Source: Nitrospirota bacterium
GTDB taxonomy: Bacteria > Nitrospirota > Thermodesulfovibrionia > Thermodesulfovibrionales > JdFR-88
DNA length: 64,000 nt
Direction of reading: 5' to 3'
NCBI GenBank assembly: GCA_021825295.1
Contig: JAKAHV010000003.1
Coordinates: 22,150 to 86,149, forward strand
The notes beneath the pieces were generated by a model that searched no databases, was not told the origin of the DNA, and worked only from the letters and a program-made list of their open reading frames with translations. Positions 18,451 to 28,497 of the stretch are shown in pieces. Position 1 is the first letter of the stretch; the number at the start of each line of letters is the position of its first letter. The position numbers and the translations under genes were made by a program.

Positions 18451-19734
18451 CTATTTTATCCTGACGAATTCAACCCTTCTGTTGTTCGCCCTTCCCTCGG
18501 GCGTATCGTTGGTGTCAATGGGCTTCGAGTCTCCCCATCCCTTCGACTGCAGCCTGTCTGAGGCGATTCCCTTGCTCACCAGCCATGCCAGGACCGCCTT
18601 TGCCCGTCTTTCGGACAACGGCTGATTAAGACCCTTCGTGCCCTGATTGTCGGTATGCCCTTCTATGGAGAATTTAAGGCCGGGAGATTCTTTCAGGAGC
18701 GCCAGAATCCTTTTGAGTGTGGGAAGGGATTCCGGCCTTATCCTGTCGGACCCCGTGTCGAAAAGAATGCCGTGCGTCACGATCCGGCCGTCCGTATCAA
18801 GCGCCGATTTAATGTCTTTTCCGCCCTCGGCCACCCGGAAGCCGGTGAACATTACGGTATCCGAATAGCCGTGGTTGGCATGCAGGAGGATGCCTATATA
18901 TTCTATCGGCCTGGTTACGGCGTCCGGGTCGTTCACCACCCTCTGGTTGTCTATGTACGCCTTTACAAATGTCCCGTTGACGCTGACGGCGATGTGATGG
19001 ACCCTGCCGTCGTTCTTCTCGACCGAAGTGGTGGTATTCTTCGAGCGCCCCGCTTCGCCGGAGATGTAGATTGTCCCATCGCCGTGGTCCGGCCATCCGT
19101 TTTTGCCGTACATAAGAAGATAATACTGATTGGGATACTCCGCCGGACTGCCAAGCACGGCATCGAACTCGACAGTGAATTTTTCGGGCATGTCCCCTTT
19201 TGTGTTCAACCTTATGTACAAGGTTGCCGAGGCAAGCCCATCCTGCTTTGAGGACGGGGGGACAGACCGGAGGAACCTCCTGCCCTTGTATTCAACCACC
19301 TCCACGGTGTTGCCTCCCCCGTCGGGCCCTTTCAGGGTCCACTTGCGGGGGAATTCGCCTATGTCGGTGTCGCTGAAATCGTCGGAGAATATTGTCTTGT
19401 CGCCTGGGACGAAGTCATACTTGCCGTAAATGCCTTCCGCGGACACGATGTCCGCGCCCTCCCCGGCCGCGCTGCCTGTCGCCCGGGCCTGATTGCCCGG
19501 CTTTTCGTTGCCGGCATTCGATGAAGGGGAGGACTTGTTGCCCTCACTCCCGGATTTGCCCGCATTTTTCAATTGCCCCTTGGCGCCTTCGTACGCTTTG
19601 TCCGCCCCTTCGTTGACGGCCTTGCCGCCGATGCCCTGGACTGCGCCTTTAAGCACGTCGCCAAACCAACCTGCATAAGCCGGTCTTAGGACAAACATTG
19701 ACAGGACAAAAAATACTGCTGCAGTTTTCTTCAT
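18451..19734 (-). CDS. Exported OmpA-family protein (N-terminal beta-sandwich-like region plus peptidoglycan-binding domain)
   Basis: Signal peptide; C-terminal GILFDTGS, IEGHTDN, NQPLSERRA, NRRVEF. Confidence 0.9.
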   Translation of the reverse strand: MKKTAAVFFVLSMFVLRPAYAGWFGDVLKGAVQGIGGKAVNEGADKAYEGAKGQLKNAGKSGSEGNKSSPSSNAGNEKPGNQARATGSAAGEGADIVSAEGIYGKYDFVPGDKTIFSDDFSDTDIGEFPRKWTLKGPDGGGNTVEVVEYKGRRFLRSVPPSSKQDGLASATLYIRLNTKGDMPEKFTVEFDAVLGSPAEYPNQYYLLMYGKNGWPDHGDGTIYISGEAGRSKNTTTSVEKNDGRVHHIAVSVNGTFVKAYIDNQRVVNDPDAVTRPIEYIGILLHANHGYSDTVMFTGFRVAEGGKDIKSALDTDGRIVTHGILFDTGSDRIRPESLPTLKRILALLKESPGLKFSIEGHTDNQGTKGLNQPLSERRAKAVLAWLVSKGIASDRLQSKGWGDSKPIDTNDTPEGRANNRRVEFVRIK

Positions 19735-19840
19735 AACGCCCCTCCCGCGTTTGGTATTTCAGGAGGAATTATATCACAGGGGCACAATGCCCGGCGTCCG
19801 GCAGGTGATAAAAAACATATCTTCCCACGGGACACCTGAT

Positions 19841-19869
19841 TTGACAATTCACCCGCCCCCTAATAGTTT
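19841..19869 (+). promoter_or_regulatory. sigma70-type promoter of tamAB (probably leaderless)
   Basis: TTGACA-N17-TAGTTT, 8 nt before ATG 19878, no SD. Confidence 0.55.
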
Positions 19870-19877
19870 TTAATAAG

Positions 19878-21629
19878 ATGATAAGGAAAATCCCCTGCGC
19901 GCTGCTGATCGTATTTCTGTCCGGCCTGTTTCAGACGGCCGTGGCAGCCACCCCTTTGAGCATCGAGGTGAAGGTGGAGGGGGTCGAAGGGAAGCTCAAA
20001 AAAAACGTCCTCAGTTTCCTCAGCATCGAGCGCCAGAAAAAGGCCCCGGAATTAAACGAGGAGTTACTGAAGGCCCTGTTTGACAGGGCCCCGGATGAGA
20101 TACGCACGGCCCTTCAGCCATTTGGTTTTTATACCCCCTCCATAAAAAGCTCGCTCATCAGGAAAGACGGGGGCTGGCAGGCCGTCTTCAGGATAAATCC
20201 AGGCCAGCCCGTGATAATCACGAAGCTGGACCTCCGGATTACGGGAGAAGGCGCGGGGCAGGCGCTTTTCGTCAATTTCAAAAAAGACTATCCCCTGAGG
20301 GTTGGCCAGTCGCTTGACGAGCAGGCTTATGAAGAGTCCAAGCGCAACCTGGAGCAGACGGCCGCGGACCACGGTTTTTTGAATGCCGCGTGGATGGAAC
20401 ACCGCATCCTGGTCAATCCGGCGCTGCATACGGCCGAAATATATCTGGGATACGACACCGGCCCGCAGTTTAAATTCGGGGATGTCTCGTTCATACAAAG
20501 CAAAAAAATCCTCAGCACCCGGTTTCTGGAGAAGTTCGTCACATTTAAAAAAGGCGACCCCTATGACGTCACGGTCCTCCTGGCGCTCCAGAACGCCCTG
20601 AGCACGAGCGGATACTTCAGCCGGGCAAACGTCACGCCGCTGCCCAAAAAGGCCGCCGGGCTTCTCGTCCCGATAGAGGTCAGTCTTACGCCGGCGAAAC
20701 GTTACGAGATATCCGTGGGCGCAGGCTACGGGACCGATACCGGCATCAGGGGCCGCATCGACTGGCTGGACCGCTGGGTCAACAGCCGGGGGCACCGTAT
20801 GGAGGTGAACCTGGGCATGGCGATGATAAGGCAAAGTGCCATCTGGCGGTACATAGTGCCCTATCGCCCCCCGGCCACGCACCTGGACTACACGCTCGGA
20901 TATCTCGCCGAGGACACTACAATCGAGACGAGCGAGACCTACATGGGCGGGGTCAGTTTTACCCGGCCGCTTAGCCCCCGCTGGCTTCAGACGCTCTATT
21001 TCAATGTGGAGCGGGAACATTTTACTGTCGCCGGGGAGACCGCGACCTCCTGGCTGGTGCTGCCCGGCGGCACATGGACCTATAAAAAGGCGCCGGACAC
21101 GCCTTATGTCAATGAAGGCATAAGGCTCATTGCGGACGCCAGGGGCACCGCCAGGGCCATGGCCTCCAGCGTTTCGTTTATCCAGGGGCGGCTGCGGCCG
21201 AAATACGTCCGCGGGATAGGCGGCTTCGGGAACCTTGTCCTGAGGGGCGACATCGGGGCCACCGAAGTGGACAATTTCCAAAGGCTGCCCGCGTCCCTCC
21301 GGTTCTTCGCGGGCGGCGACAACAGCATCCGCGGCTACAGTTACAAGACCCTGGGCCCTAAAAACGCGGAGGGCCTCGTTGAAGGGGGCAAATACCTGCT
21401 CGTTGGCAGCATCGAATATGACCAGAAGGTCTATAGGAAATGGGGCACGGCCATCTTCTACGACGGCGGCAATGCCTTCAGCAGCTTCCCGCCGGTCTGG
21501 AAGTCCGGGGCTGGCGTGGGCATCAGATGGCTCTCCATCGTGGGACCCGTGAAGATAGATTTCGCCTGGTCCATTAGCGATCCCAGCCCGGCCTTCCACG
21601 TCTATGTAAGCATAGGGCCCGAGATATGA
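19878..21629 (+). CDS. tamA: Translocation and assembly module outer-membrane subunit (Omp85 family)
   Basis: Signal peptide, POTRA-like N-terminus, GAGYGTDTG, RFFAGGDNSIRGY, C-terminal IGPE. Confidence 0.9.
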   Translation: MIRKIPCALLIVFLSGLFQTAVAATPLSIEVKVEGVEGKLKKNVLSFLSIERQKKAPELNEELLKALFDRAPDEIRTALQPFGFYTPSIKSSLIRKDGGWQAVFRINPGQPVIITKLDLRITGEGAGQALFVNFKKDYPLRVGQSLDEQAYEESKRNLEQTAADHGFLNAAWMEHRILVNPALHTAEIYLGYDTGPQFKFGDVSFIQSKKILSTRFLEKFVTFKKGDPYDVTVLLALQNALSTSGYFSRANVTPLPKKAAGLLVPIEVSLTPAKRYEISVGAGYGTDTGIRGRIDWLDRWVNSRGHRMEVNLGMAMIRQSAIWRYIVPYRPPATHLDYTLGYLAEDTTIETSETYMGGVSFTRPLSPRWLQTLYFNVEREHFTVAGETATSWLVLPGGTWTYKKAPDTPYVNEGIRLIADARGTARAMASSVSFIQGRLRPKYVRGIGGFGNLVLRGDIGATEVDNFQRLPASLRFFAGGDNSIRGYSYKTLGPKNAEGLVEGGKYLLVGSIEYDQKVYRKWGTAIFYDGGNAFSSFPPVWKSGAGVGIRWLSIVGPVKIDFAWSISDPSPAFHVYVSIGPEI

Positions 21630-24600
21630 GCCGCACGAGACAGATTCCCATCAAGGCGGCACTCGTCCTGATCGCCGCCATCGCCTCCGCAGGTTTCTTC
21701 CTGTTTAACTCCCAGTTGGCGCTGCGGATGCTGTTTGCCAGGTTTGCCCCGGAGGGGCTCTCTGTTAAAAAAATCAGCGGCACCCTCGCCGGGCCTGTAA
21801 GGCTGGAAGGGATAACCTACAGCCGGGGCGCAAACGGGACCCGGGTGAGCATTGAGAAACTCGGCATGGACTGGAGGCTGACTGAACTCATGGCCATGGA
21901 CCTCCATATTACCGGGATCACTGTCTCAAAAATGCAGATAAAGATCGAACAACCTGTAAAACCGCGCCCTCCGGGGCCGCTTCCAAGCCTGCGGCTTCCG
22001 GCTTTTTTCTCCATTACACTGGACAAGGCCGTGGCCAGGGATGTTGAATATATGCCCCCATCCCCCCAAAAACCACTCCTTCTGGAGAGGTTAAGCCTGA
22101 GCGCGCACATGCGCGGCGACATCCTCCACATAAGGCATATGGAGGCGGAGGCCCCCCGGTATTCGGTTTCCATTCGGGGCAGGATAAAGACCGCGGGCAA
22201 TTACCAGATGGCGCTCAGGACAAAATGGGGTTTTGCGCCGGTGGGCTATCCGCGCGCGGAGGGCGCCGGAGACCTTTCGGGCTCGCTGAAGCAAATCCAT
22301 ATACTGCAAACGATAGGGCCTCCGTACAACACAAACATTGACTTTACAGTTGACGGTCTCCTCCCCCAGCCCGGCCTTAAACCCGGCGCCCGGCCTACCT
22401 GGAAAGGAAAGGTCAGATGGCGCAGCCTTCAATTGAAAGTCCCCCCCGCGGGCAATAAAACACTGAACAGCCCCAGGGGTGAGCTGGCCACGGAAGGCAG
22501 CACGGGGGCCTACCGCTTCCGCCTGGATACCGAGATTTACTTGAAGGGAAAAGCCCTGCCAGGCCGGCTCCGGGCGGAGGGCTCAGGCAACATGGCCGGC
22601 CTGAGGATCGAGAGTTTCAGGGCGGCTTTTCCCGGCGGGCAACTGTACGGGAGCGGCAGTCTCACCCTTAGGGCCGGCCCCCCGGAGGCCAGCCCCCTCG
22701 CGGCAAAAACAAAAACCTCTGTCGGATGGATGTTTACAGTTGCCGGGAAAGGAGTGAATCCCGCCTGGGTCTCGCCAAAATGGGGTGGCAACATCAATTT
22801 CGCCGCCAGGATTTCGGGCAGCATTGCGGGTGTGAAGCGAAATATCTCTCTGGATATAGACAGCCTCGGCGGCAGGCTAAGGGGATATCCGTTTGGCGGA
22901 AGCGGGCGGATCCGCATCACGGACCACGACTATTACATCCCAGGAATCCACATGCGTTCCGGCTCGGCGGTCATGTCCGCTTCCGGCAGTTTCGTGCGGG
23001 GGCGATGGGACCTTTCCTGGGACCTGAACGCAAAAAATCTGGGCGAACTTCTGCCGGATGCCGGGGGATCTTTATTGGCCAGGGGGACTTTCACCGGGCG
23101 GGGAAAACCCGTTGTAAAGGCCCTCATAACGGGAAGCGGCACCCGGTACAAAAAATATAAAACCAAATCCCTTTCATCGGCCATCGATATAGACCTCTCG
23201 GACCGAACGAATTCAAATATCGACCTGTCGGCAACGGGCCTTGAATTCCCCCAGGCAGGCCGCGAGATAAGAAAAATCCGGCTGAAGGCCTCGGGACGGC
23301 TCGTCCGGCACCGGATATTCTTGTCGGCCGTTGGCCCGAAGACCTCCATGGGGCTGTACGCAAAAGGCGGCTACAGCCGGGGCGCATGGGCCGGAAGCAT
23401 CAGCAGGCTTAATATTTCCGAACAGCAGTACGGGACATGGTCCCTATCCCGTCCCGCGCCCCTGAAGGTCTCGAAGGAATTCGCATCCGCGGACATCTGT
23501 CTTTCAAAGCGTAACGGAGCCGCTGCGATCTGCCTCAACGCCAACCTGCAAAGACCCAAAGGGCTTCGCGCCCGGCTAACCGCTTCACGCGTGCCGCTTG
23601 GCCTGTTTCAACCGCTTCTTCCGCCGGGTCTGCTCGTTGCGGGAACGCTCAGCGGAAACGCCGGCATTTTCTACTCCAAGGCCGGCGCGCTTGCAGGCAG
23701 CGCGGACATAAGGCTTTCCGGAGGCTCGATTGTCTACAGCCTTGCGGGGAAAAAGGTGCGGCTTGCCTTCAGGGAAAGCACTATACGGATGCAAAGCGCA
23801 AACCAGACGGTAACGCTTGTCCTGAACATGCCTTTCGCCCCCGGCGGTGGGATAGCAGGCAGCATTATCGTCCTCCGGCAGACGGGCGCCCGGGCGGCAG
23901 CCGCCCCCGCAAAGGTGCATGTCCGGCTCGCGGCTTCCCGCGTGCCGCTTGGCCTGTTTCAACCGCTCCTTCCGCCGGGCCTGATCGTCACGGGGACACT
24001 CAACGGAAACGCCGGCATTTTCTACTTCAGGGCCGGGGGCTCCACAGCCGGGGCGCTTGCGGGCAATGCGGACATAAGGCTTTCGGGCGGCTCGATTATC
24101 TACAGCCTTGCGGACAAAAAGATTCAGCTTGCATTCAGGGAAAGCGTCATGCGGATGCAAAGCAAAAACCGGACGGTAACCCTTTCCTGGAATATGCCTT
24201 TTGTGGAGGGCGGGGGGATAACAAGCAATTTTGTGGTCTTCAGGCGGCAAAAGACAAGCCTCGTTAAGGGAGGCATCCGGATGAGCATCCCGAATATCGG
24301 CATCATCCCCGTCGTGCTGCCTTCAGTAAGGGACGTCCATGGCGTCCTGACGGCGGCCCTCGATATATCGGGACCTTTCCGGCGGCCCGACATAAGCGGA
24401 AGACTGGCCGTAGAGAAGGCCTCCGCCGCCCTGCCCCGCCTCGGCATAAGCCTTACCGGGGTCTCCCTTGCGGCGGCGAGCGAAGGAAAAGGCAGGTTCC
24501 GCATCGAAGGCGTTTTTCATTCCGGCGCGGGCTTCATCGGCGTCAACGGCAATCTGGCTTATTCCCGCACTCAGGCGGGAATAAAAAACTTGCAGGCCTC

Positions 24601-25555
24601 ACTGGGCATAAAAGGAGAGAACTTCCAGGCCCTGAAGGTCCCCGAGGCGCAGGTGGCGGTGAACCCTGATCTCAACGTCTCGTTCGCAAATAACGCGGTC
24701 CGCCTGGGCGGCTCAGTGGAAATCCCCCAGGCGGACATAAGGATAAAGGAGATATCCGGGGCGGTCAACCCCTCGCGGGACGTGGTGATTACAGGCAAAA
24801 AAAGCGGCCTGAAAAAAACCGCGAAACTTAAACTCCTTGCCGACATAAAGGTGATGCTCGGCAATAAGATAACCTTTGCCGGTTTCGGCCTTACAGCCCG
24901 CATTGCCGGAGGCGTCACTGTCCACGAGGAGCCGGGCAGGATCGCCTCGGGGCAGGGGGAGCTGGTGATCGTGAAAGGCAAATACAAGGCATACGGACAG
25001 AACCTCGATATCAAACAGGGGAAACTCTTCTTCACCGGAGGGCCGGTGGACAACCCCGGCCTCGATATCCGGGCCACCAGAAAGGCGGAAGACAATGTGA
25101 TTGCAGGTATTAACGTATCTGGGACGCTGAAATCGCCAAGGCTCAGCATATTTTCCGAGCCGCCCATGGACCAGACGGACGCCCTTTCCTATCTGGTCCT
25201 GGGCAAACCCCTGCATTCCGCTTCCGGTTCCCAGGGCAACCTTCTCTACAGCGCCGCCACCACGGCGGGACTTGCCGGCGGAGAATTTTTGGCCAAAAGG
25301 ATCGGGGCCATATTCGGAATAGCAAAGATATCCGTGGAGAAGGGGCCTCCGCAGGCAACCACGGGACAGCAGCAGGCCACCCTCTTTCTCGGGAGGTATC
25401 TCTCGCCCAGGCTTTACGTGGCATACGGGATAGGGCTGTTTGAGACAAGCAATGTATTCCGGGTCCGCTACCGGATCACCAGGGATTGGGTGGTGCAGAC
25501 CGAAACCGGGACGGCAACCGGCGGCGACGTGCTCTATAAACTGGAATGGGAATGA
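21626..25555 (+). CDS. tamB: Translocation and assembly module TamB (DUF490), with internal duplication
   Basis: N-terminal TM anchor; C-terminal DUF490 motifs (GKYKAYGQ, NPGLDIRA, ALSYLVLG, GRYLSPRLY); translationally coupled to tamA. Confidence 0.9.
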   Translation: MSRTRQIPIKAALVLIAAIASAGFFLFNSQLALRMLFARFAPEGLSVKKISGTLAGPVRLEGITYSRGANGTRVSIEKLGMDWRLTELMAMDLHITGITVSKMQIKIEQPVKPRPPGPLPSLRLPAFFSITLDKAVARDVEYMPPSPQKPLLLERLSLSAHMRGDILHIRHMEAEAPRYSVSIRGRIKTAGNYQMALRTKWGFAPVGYPRAEGAGDLSGSLKQIHILQTIGPPYNTNIDFTVDGLLPQPGLKPGARPTWKGKVRWRSLQLKVPPAGNKTLNSPRGELATEGSTGAYRFRLDTEIYLKGKALPGRLRAEGSGNMAGLRIESFRAAFPGGQLYGSGSLTLRAGPPEASPLAAKTKTSVGWMFTVAGKGVNPAWVSPKWGGNINFAARISGSIAGVKRNISLDIDSLGGRLRGYPFGGSGRIRITDHDYYIPGIHMRSGSAVMSASGSFVRGRWDLSWDLNAKNLGELLPDAGGSLLARGTFTGRGKPVVKALITGSGTRYKKYKTKSLSSAIDIDLSDRTNSNIDLSATGLEFPQAGREIRKIRLKASGRLVRHRIFLSAVGPKTSMGLYAKGGYSRGAWAGSISRLNISEQQYGTWSLSRPAPLKVSKEFASADICLSKRNGAAAICLNANLQRPKGLRARLTASRVPLGLFQPLLPPGLLVAGTLSGNAGIFYSKAGALAGSADIRLSGGSIVYSLAGKKVRLAFRESTIRMQSANQTVTLVLNMPFAPGGGIAGSIIVLRQTGARAAAAPAKVHVRLAASRVPLGLFQPLLPPGLIVTGTLNGNAGIFYFRAGGSTAGALAGNADIRLSGGSIIYSLADKKIQLAFRESVMRMQSKNRTVTLSWNMPFVEGGGITSNFVVFRRQKTSLVKGGIRMSIPNIGIIPVVLPSVRDVHGVLTAALDISGPFRRPDISGRLAVEKASAALPRLGISLTGVSLAAASEGKGRFRIEGVFHSGAGFIGVNGNLAYSRTQAGIKNLQASLGIKGENFQALKVPEAQVAVNPDLNVSFANNAVRLGGSVEIPQADIRIKEISGAVNPSRDVVITGKKSGLKKTAKLKLLADIKVMLGNKITFAGFGLTARIAGGVTVHEEPGRIASGQGELVIVKGKYKAYGQNLDIKQGKLFFTGGPVDNPGLDIRATRKAEDNVIAGINVSGTLKSPRLSIFSEPPMDQTDALSYLVLGKPLHSASGSQGNLLYSAATTAGLAGGEFLAKRIGAIFGIAKISVEKGPPQATTGQQQATLFLGRYLSPRLYVAYGIGLFETSNVFRVRYRITRDWVVQTETGTATGGDVLYKLEWE
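23572..24250 (+). repeat. In-frame internal tandem duplication in tamB (about 351 bp period)
   Basis: RL.ASRVPLGLFQPLLPPGL.V.GTL.GNAGIFY...NMPF..GGGI occurs twice with near-identical DNA. Confidence 0.9.
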
Positions 25556-26991
25556 AGGTGGCGCTCGCCTGCAAGCCGCTTCAATATCTCCCTGGCCGCG
25601 ATTACGCCGGATACCGAAGACTGCACAAGCCCCCTGCTCACACCCGCGCCGTCGCCCACGGCGAAAAGGTTTTCTATCTCGGTTTCGAGTGAGCCTGTTA
25701 GCCTTGGCTTCATCGAGTAGAATTTCACCTCCACCCCGTAGAGCAGCGTGTGTCTGGAGTTCACGCCGGGAGCCAGCCCGTCAATGGCTGTTATCATCTC
25801 GATTATATCGGTCAGATACCGGTAGGGGACAACAAAACTCAAATCCCCGGGGGTTGCGTCTTTCAGGGTCGGACTGCAAACCCCGCGCCCTATCCGCTCC
25901 GGCGTGGAGCGCCTGCCGCTCAAGAGATCGCCCAGCCTCTGCACAATCACGCCCTGCCCCAGGAAGTTTGCGAGCCTGGCTATGTGTCTGCCGTAGGAGA
26001 CAGGCTCATGGAAGGGCTCGGTGAAGGTGGTGCTCACCAGCAGGGCGAAATTGGTATTTGGCGTCTTTCTTTTTGCGTAGCTGTGGCCGTTTACCGTCCA
26101 GATGCCCTTCAGGTATTCCTTTACGACCTCGCCGTAAGGGTTCACGCAAAAGGTCCGCACCTTGTCATCGAAGGCCTTCGAATAAAAAATGAACTTGGGC
26201 TCGTACGTGACTTCCGTGAGGCGCTCCATCACCGGGGCCGGCACCTCAACGCGCACCCCTACGTCGACGGGGTTGTTGACCGTGGAGAGTTTCAGCCTCT
26301 TTACCTCCTGCTCCAGCCACTTGGAGCCCTCCCGGCCGGGGGCCACCATGACGAAACCCGCGCCGATCTCCTGCCCGCTTTTCAGCCTTACGCCGGCCGC
26401 TTTGGCCCCGTCGGCGGCGGTCAGTATGCGTTCCACCTCCGTCTCGAAGAGCACATCCACCTTGCCTTCCAGGTGCTCCCTCATTTTTTTCAGGAGCCCT
26501 TTTGCCCTGTCCGTCCCTATATGTCTTATCTTCGAGCGAACGAAAAAAAGGCCGCATTTGGCCGCCTCTCGGCCTATGTCGTCCAGCCGCTCCTGGTCGC
26601 CCCCGAAATATTGCCTGGGAGCGCCAAACCGGATATATATGCCGTCGACGTAGTCGATCAACCCGGCCAGCTCGGCCTCTGGAATGTATTCCTTGAGGTA
26701 GCCCCCGACATCGGGGGAGAGACTCAGCTTGCCGTCGCTGAATGCCCCGGCCCCGCCCCAGCCGCTCAAAAGCCCGCATTCGGCGCAGGCCGCGCAGGAT
26801 ATCTCACGGAGCTTCATGGGACAGCTCCGTTTGGTTATGTCCCTTCCCTTTTCGATCATCAGGACCTTCGGCCTTTTGCCCCTTCCCGTCTTCAGTGAAA
26901 ACCCGGAGAGTTCGAGGGCGGCGAAGATGCCCGCGGGGCCGGCGCCCACGATTACGACATCGTATTGATTTTCCCGTTTATTCATTGACAT
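25534..26991 (-). CDS. Uncharacterised FAD-dependent oxidoreductase (COG2509-like)
   Basis: VGAGPAG, GWGGAGAFSDGKL, VRTFCVNP, VNGHS, GDGAGVSRG; 3' end overlaps the tamB 3' end. Confidence 0.85.
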   Translation of the reverse strand: MSMNKRENQYDVVIVGAGPAGIFAALELSGFSLKTGRGKRPKVLMIEKGRDITKRSCPMKLREISCAACAECGLLSGWGGAGAFSDGKLSLSPDVGGYLKEYIPEAELAGLIDYVDGIYIRFGAPRQYFGGDQERLDDIGREAAKCGLFFVRSKIRHIGTDRAKGLLKKMREHLEGKVDVLFETEVERILTAADGAKAAGVRLKSGQEIGAGFVMVAPGREGSKWLEQEVKRLKLSTVNNPVDVGVRVEVPAPVMERLTEVTYEPKFIFYSKAFDDKVRTFCVNPYGEVVKEYLKGIWTVNGHSYAKRKTPNTNFALLVSTTFTEPFHEPVSYGRHIARLANFLGQGVIVQRLGDLLSGRRSTPERIGRGVCSPTLKDATPGDLSFVVPYRYLTDIIEMITAIDGLAPGVNSRHTLLYGVEVKFYSMKPRLTGSLETEIENLFAVGDGAGVSRGLVQSSVSGVIAAREILKRLAGERHLHSHSSL

Positions 26992-27060
26992 TCCCCCTCC
27001 ATGAAACCCTCACCACGGGAGAGGATTTTTAATCCCCGATAAGTTGAGGGAACCCGGGCT

Positions 27061-27459
27061 TCAGCCCTGTATGATCTTGACAACGCACCTTCGGTGGCGG
27101 GGGCCGTCAAACTCGCAGAAATAGATGGACTGCCAGGTGCCCAGAGTAAGTTTGCCATCTTCAACCGGCACGTGAAGGCTGACCCCGGTCATGCTGGATT
27201 TGATGTGGGCGTCGGCGTTTCCCTCGCGGTGGGAATATCCCAGGTCGTGAGGCACCAGGCGGCTGAAATTGTTTATGACGTCTCGGGCAACGGCGGGGTC
27301 TGCCCCCTCGTTTATCGTGACGCCGGCGGTCGTATGGGGCACGTATATGTAGCAGATGCCTTCGGAGACGCCCGATTCCTTCAACGCCTGTTCGACATCG
27401 CCCGTGATGTCTATGAACTCGTTTCTCTGCCTGCTGCGGACGTTCAGGTACTTGATCAT
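27061..27459 (-). CDS. yjbQ: YjbQ/UPF0047 family protein
   Basis: PHTTAG..INE, NADAHIKS, LGTWQSIYFCEFDGPR; start placed at ATG 27459. Confidence 0.9.
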   Translation of the reverse strand: MIKYLNVRSRQRNEFIDITGDVEQALKESGVSEGICYIYVPHTTAGVTINEGADPAVARDVINNFSRLVPHDLGYSHREGNADAHIKSSMTGVSLHVPVEDGKLTLGTWQSIYFCEFDGPRHRRCVVKIIQG

Positions 27460-27466
27460 GATTTTT

Positions 27467-28465
27467 TCAGCGGGCCCCGCCGGGCAGGTTCCGGACCCGG
27501 TCAAGCACCCCGGTAAAAAAACCCTCCCCCGTGCGCATCTCCACGCAAAGGGCATAAAGGCCGGCCCTCTCCTTCCCAAGCCTCATTATATCCTTTTCGG
27601 TGGTGATAATCCACAGCCCCCGCGCTTTTTCCCTGATCCGGCCCAACTCAGCCTCCCGGAACATGTGATGGTCGCGAAATTTCCAAAAAACCTTTACATC
27701 GGCGCCCGCATCGAGGAGGCTCTGCCTGAAGGCGGAAGGCTCCCCGATCCCGGCGAATGCAAAGACCTCCCTGCCCTTAAGCCATGCCGGGGGATATTTT
27801 TTGCCGCTGCCGCAGTCGATCACACCTGAAGCCTCGAACCATGCCGGGAATATGGGCGCGTGTGGGTTGTGCACCCTTATCCGCCGCTCGAAATCAGGCG
27901 GCACTTCCCTGTTTTCGCACTTGCTGACCACGATTATCCCGGCCCGTCCAATCCCGGAGGCCGGCTCCCTCAGGTCGCCGACCGGCAGGAGCTTGTCGTG
28001 ATAAAAGGGGGACCGGGCGCTCAGCACGAGTATATCCAGGTCCCGCTTGAGCCGCCAGTGCTGGAAACCGTCGTCCAGGATGAACGTATCGGGCTTCGGC
28101 TGAAGGGAAAGCGCGTAGAGGCCCGCGGCATACCTGTCCCCGCCCTTTACAACCGGCACGCCCGGAAGCCTTGCGGCCATAAGGAGGGGTTCATCGCCCG
28201 CGTCCGCCGCGCTCATTTCCGCGGTTATAACGGCGGGCCCGGCAAGCGCGCCCTTGTAGCCCCTGGTGAGGATGCAGACGCGCCGGCCGTTCGCTGCGAG
28301 TCTTTCGGCAAGCGCGATTACAAGCGGGGTCTTGCCGGTGCCGCCGGTCGTAAGGTTGCCTACGCTTATTACCGCCGCGCCGGGCAGCGATCCAGCCTTC
28401 GCCGATTTCCGCCGCCGGTCGAATTTTTGGCCCAGCAGATAAGCCAGTTCAAATAGACCCTTCAC
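27467..28465 (-). CDS. lpxK: Tetraacyldisaccharide 4'-kinase
   Basis: VISVGNLTTGGTGKTP, TRGY, GDEP, LDDGFQH, TTEKD. Confidence 0.95.
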   Translation of the reverse strand: MKGLFELAYLLGQKFDRRRKSAKAGSLPGAAVISVGNLTTGGTGKTPLVIALAERLAANGRRVCILTRGYKGALAGPAVITAEMSAADAGDEPLLMAARLPGVPVVKGGDRYAAGLYALSLQPKPDTFILDDGFQHWRLKRDLDILVLSARSPFYHDKLLPVGDLREPASGIGRAGIIVVSKCENREVPPDFERRIRVHNPHAPIFPAWFEASGVIDCGSGKKYPPAWLKGREVFAFAGIGEPSAFRQSLLDAGADVKVFWKFRDHHMFREAELGRIREKARGLWIITTEKDIMRLGKERAGLYALCVEMRTGEGFFTGVLDRVRNLPGGAR

Positions 28466-28497
28466 CGTTTTCTATCTTACCGCAAGGCATTCTCATT

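Noticed and set aside
20064-21599. Long antisense ORFs (e.g. 511 aa opposite tamA, 353 aa opposite nuoM, 382 aa opposite the FAD oxidoreductase)
   Set aside because: Shadow ORFs typical of GC-rich coding DNA; no motifs, and each fully overlaps a well-supported gene.
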